From IMG/VR virus record IMGVR_UViG_3300027672_000079, positions 1-25,868 of that record: a stretch of DNA of 25,868 nt, one strand, 5' to 3'. Source of the DNA: a virus. Lineage: Duplodnaviria > Caudoviricetes. Below the pieces are notes generated by a model that did not search any database, was not told the DNA's origin, and was given only the letters and a program-made list of their open reading frames with translations. Every line of letters starts with the position of its first letter. Positions within the stretch are counted from its first letter, which is position 1. The translations under genes and the position numbers were made by a program. Shown one piece after another: positions 24,294-25,868 of the stretch.

Positions 24294-24433
24294 CGACCCT
24301 GCCCTCGATATTTCTTATAACAGGTGCGCCTATTCTTATTCATAGTTTTACTTGATATCATAGAATGATTTCCACCTATACTTGTTTTCTTCTTGGTTGT
24401 TTCTATAACTGTATTTGATTTAGATTTTATCAT
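24290..24433 (-). CDS. Small basic protein ending KKYRGQGR (47 aa)
   Basis: Strong AAGGAG RBS right after tRNA-Leu. The YRGQG ending recurs in small phage proteins. Confidence 0.7.
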   Translation of the reverse strand: MIKSKSNTVIETTKKKTSIGGNHSMISSKTMNKNRRTCYKKYRGQGR

Positions 24434-24444
24434 TTATTCTCCTT

Positions 24445-24531
24445 TGGTGTGAGCGGCGGGACTTGAACCCGCAAGCCATAGCTGGCGACAGATTTTAAGT
24501 CTGTTGTGTTTACCAATTTCACCACGCTCAC
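24445..24531 (-). tRNA. tRNA-Leu (anticodon TAA)
   Basis: Acceptor GTGAGCG/CGCTCAC-A-CCA, anticodon arm ACAGA-CTTAAAA-TCTGT, long variable arm and T loop GTTCAAGTC. Confidence 0.96.
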
Positions 24532-24535
24532 TTAG

Positions 24536-24766
24536 TTATATCACTCTCTTGATTAAAGAATTTTCCATAATAACTTGAGCAAAAAACTCAATAGCTTTCT
24601 TACCCTTGTCGGTTTTGATACCCGTATAGGATGGTCTATTACTACCATACAATTCGCCATCGGTCAAGTACTCTGGCCCAAATACAGATGTTTCCTCATA
24701 CTTCAAAGGCTTACCAATGTTTTCTCTCATGTTTTTCTTACTAGGATATAGAAATAACATAGCCAT
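24536..24766 (-). CDS. Hypothetical phage protein
   Basis: MAMLFLYPSKK..IGKPLKYEETSVFGPEY..; start chosen from the AAGGA RBS (track ORF begins at 24799). Confidence 0.65.
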   Translation of the reverse strand: MAMLFLYPSKKNMRENIGKPLKYEETSVFGPEYLTDGELYGSNRPSYTGIKTDKGKKAIEFFAQVIMENSLIKRVI

Positions 24767-24767
24767 A

Positions 24768-24869
24768 TTACAGTTCCTTTGTGTATTTATATACAACAAA
24801 CACCACTACCGCTAGTACTACAGCAGTAATAACTAATGTAATTATTTTTAATAGTATTGCGTCGTACAT
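24768..24869 (-). CDS. Small single-TM peptide (33 aa)
   Basis: MYDAILLKIITLVITAVVLAVVVFVVYKYTKEL with an AAGGA RBS. Confidence 0.6.
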   Translation of the reverse strand: MYDAILLKIITLVITAVVLAVVVFVVYKYTKEL

Positions 24870-24880
24870 ATTTTGTTTCC

Positions 24881-25081
24881 TTATAAGTTAATACAGTATA
24901 CAGTGTGTTCACTTTCCCAATTTGGATCATCAAGTTGATTAAGCTCTTCGAGATAGTCTTCTGTTGTGAAGTAACGAACATCAGCCTCGCTAGTAAAAGC
25001 GTCACGTCTATAACTATTAGAGTTTATACGAATACTCAACTCAAATAGTTGGCTATCTGTTAGGTCGTCTTTAGTAATCAT
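24881..25081 (-). CDS. Hypothetical acidic protein
   Basis: ORF with a GGAG RBS. Confidence 0.6.
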   Translation of the reverse strand: MITKDDLTDSQLFELSIRINSNSYRRDAFTSEADVRYFTTEDYLEELNQLDDPNWESEHTVYCINL

Positions 25082-25083
25082 AA

Positions 25084-25224
25084 CTATTCTCCATATAGTT
25101 CACCCAGCACCACCTCTGGAGTAACATACTCCACAGGCTTTGCATGGGCTTCAGTGTCACAAGCATCACAGTAGTATATATCAATCTTATCTATAGACAT
25201 AACATATTCCATTCGACCTGTCAT
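25084..25224 (-). CDS. Small hypothetical protein with CxxC (46 aa)
   Basis: MTGRMEYVMSIDKIDIYYCDACDTE... fills the gap between neighbouring ORFs. Confidence 0.4.
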   Translation of the reverse strand: MTGRMEYVMSIDKIDIYYCDACDTEAHAKPVEYVTPEVVLGELYGE

Positions 25225-25228
25225 ACCT

Positions 25229-25483
25229 TTACAAACTTTGCACTGTTGCTTCATGTTGTTTCCAATCTTCTATAAATGCAATGATGTCAGCCAATCCTTC
25301 TTCCTGTCCCTGTTTACTACGCTTATATCTTTTACCAGTAAACTGGCCGACAGTTCGTAGCATGTTGGTGACAGTCCATCTAGTATTAGCCTTTATACCA
25401 TGCTTGATCCAAAGTTTCAAGCCATGTTTCAAAGCTATGGCTTTGTACATATTAGGTTCGATTGATATTGCTTTGCTTGTCAT
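25229..25483 (-). CDS. Hypothetical basic protein
   Basis: ORF in the minus-strand array. Confidence 0.6.
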   Translation of the reverse strand: MTSKAISIEPNMYKAIALKHGLKLWIKHGIKANTRWTVTNMLRTVGQFTGKRYKRSKQGQEEGLADIIAFIEDWKQHEATVQSL

Positions 25484-25486
25484 AGT

Positions 25487-25834
25487 CTATGCCCTTGCTA
25501 TTGTCTGATGAATGCCCATGATAGCATTACTATGCAACCAAGATACATCGTCGGCACTTTCAAAGTGCTTCGGATATTTTTCTGCTACTAGATTGCACCA
25601 GTTATTCCAAAGCACCTCACTGCCACCGATTTCCTTACACACTGCAAGATATTTTCTCGCTTTATTAAAGTTAGCAGCAGTCATTTTTCCCTTGTCTTTC
25701 CCATTTGTCTTGAACGTATTCTCATTGATATCATACTCTTTAAGATTATGACAGTCAAGACATCCTCCCTCACCAGTAGTGAGTTGCATGATAAACCCTG
25801 CTTTTACCAAGCCAATGCACGGTATACGCTGCAA
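25487..25834 (-). CDS. Hypothetical protein (start uncertain, may extend beyond window)
   Basis: ORF at the window edge; contains a CxxC. Confidence 0.5.
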   Translation of the reverse strand: MQRIPCIGLVKAGFIMQLTTGEGGCLDCHNLKEYDINENTFKTNGKDKGKMTAANFNKARKYLAVCKEIGGSEVLWNNWCNLVAEKYPKHFESADDVSWLHSNAIMGIHQTIARA

Positions 25835-25868
25835 AGATATCAGAAATTCTTCTGGATATATGTCTCCA

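Noticed and set aside
23555-24531. tRNAs as prophage attachment sites
   Set aside because: There is no integrase or duplicated tRNA 3' end, and phage-like genes continue on both sides.
24787-25005. 72-aa track ORF
   Set aside because: It overlaps two better-supported ORFs with RBSs (24881-25081 and 24768-24869).

Overview
This window is part of a dsDNA tailed-phage genome, most likely a lytic marine podovirus. It has a T7-like replisome but no RNA polymerase in view; a resemblance to Cobavirinae/Zobellviridae is my inference. Two gene arms converge at about 6380-6445. The + arm (1-6379) ends a structural/lysis block: two large probable internal virion proteins, a small membrane protein and an M15 endolysin. 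The - arm runs from small early ORFs and two tRNAs (Leu-TAA, Arg-TCT) through a cupin, SleB hydrolase, HNH-like nuclease, ThyX, primase-helicase, PolA, SSB, two nucleases, DUF3310, class II RNR and Hsp20. It then passes through a coupled glycosyltransferase / tri-domain GT-MTase-DUF115(MAF) / methyltransferase cassette into a 3TM holin and the terminase small subunit. The most notable items are: (1) this glyco-modification cassette, whose 799-aa fusion appears to have two degenerate catalytic domains; (2) a ROSE-like RNA thermometer before hsp20; (3) two junctions where a hairpin sits between the Shine-Dalgarno sequence and the start codon; (4) a bacterial SSB-like DIPF tail on the helicase. 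All protein calls come from motif recognition by eye; no searches were run.
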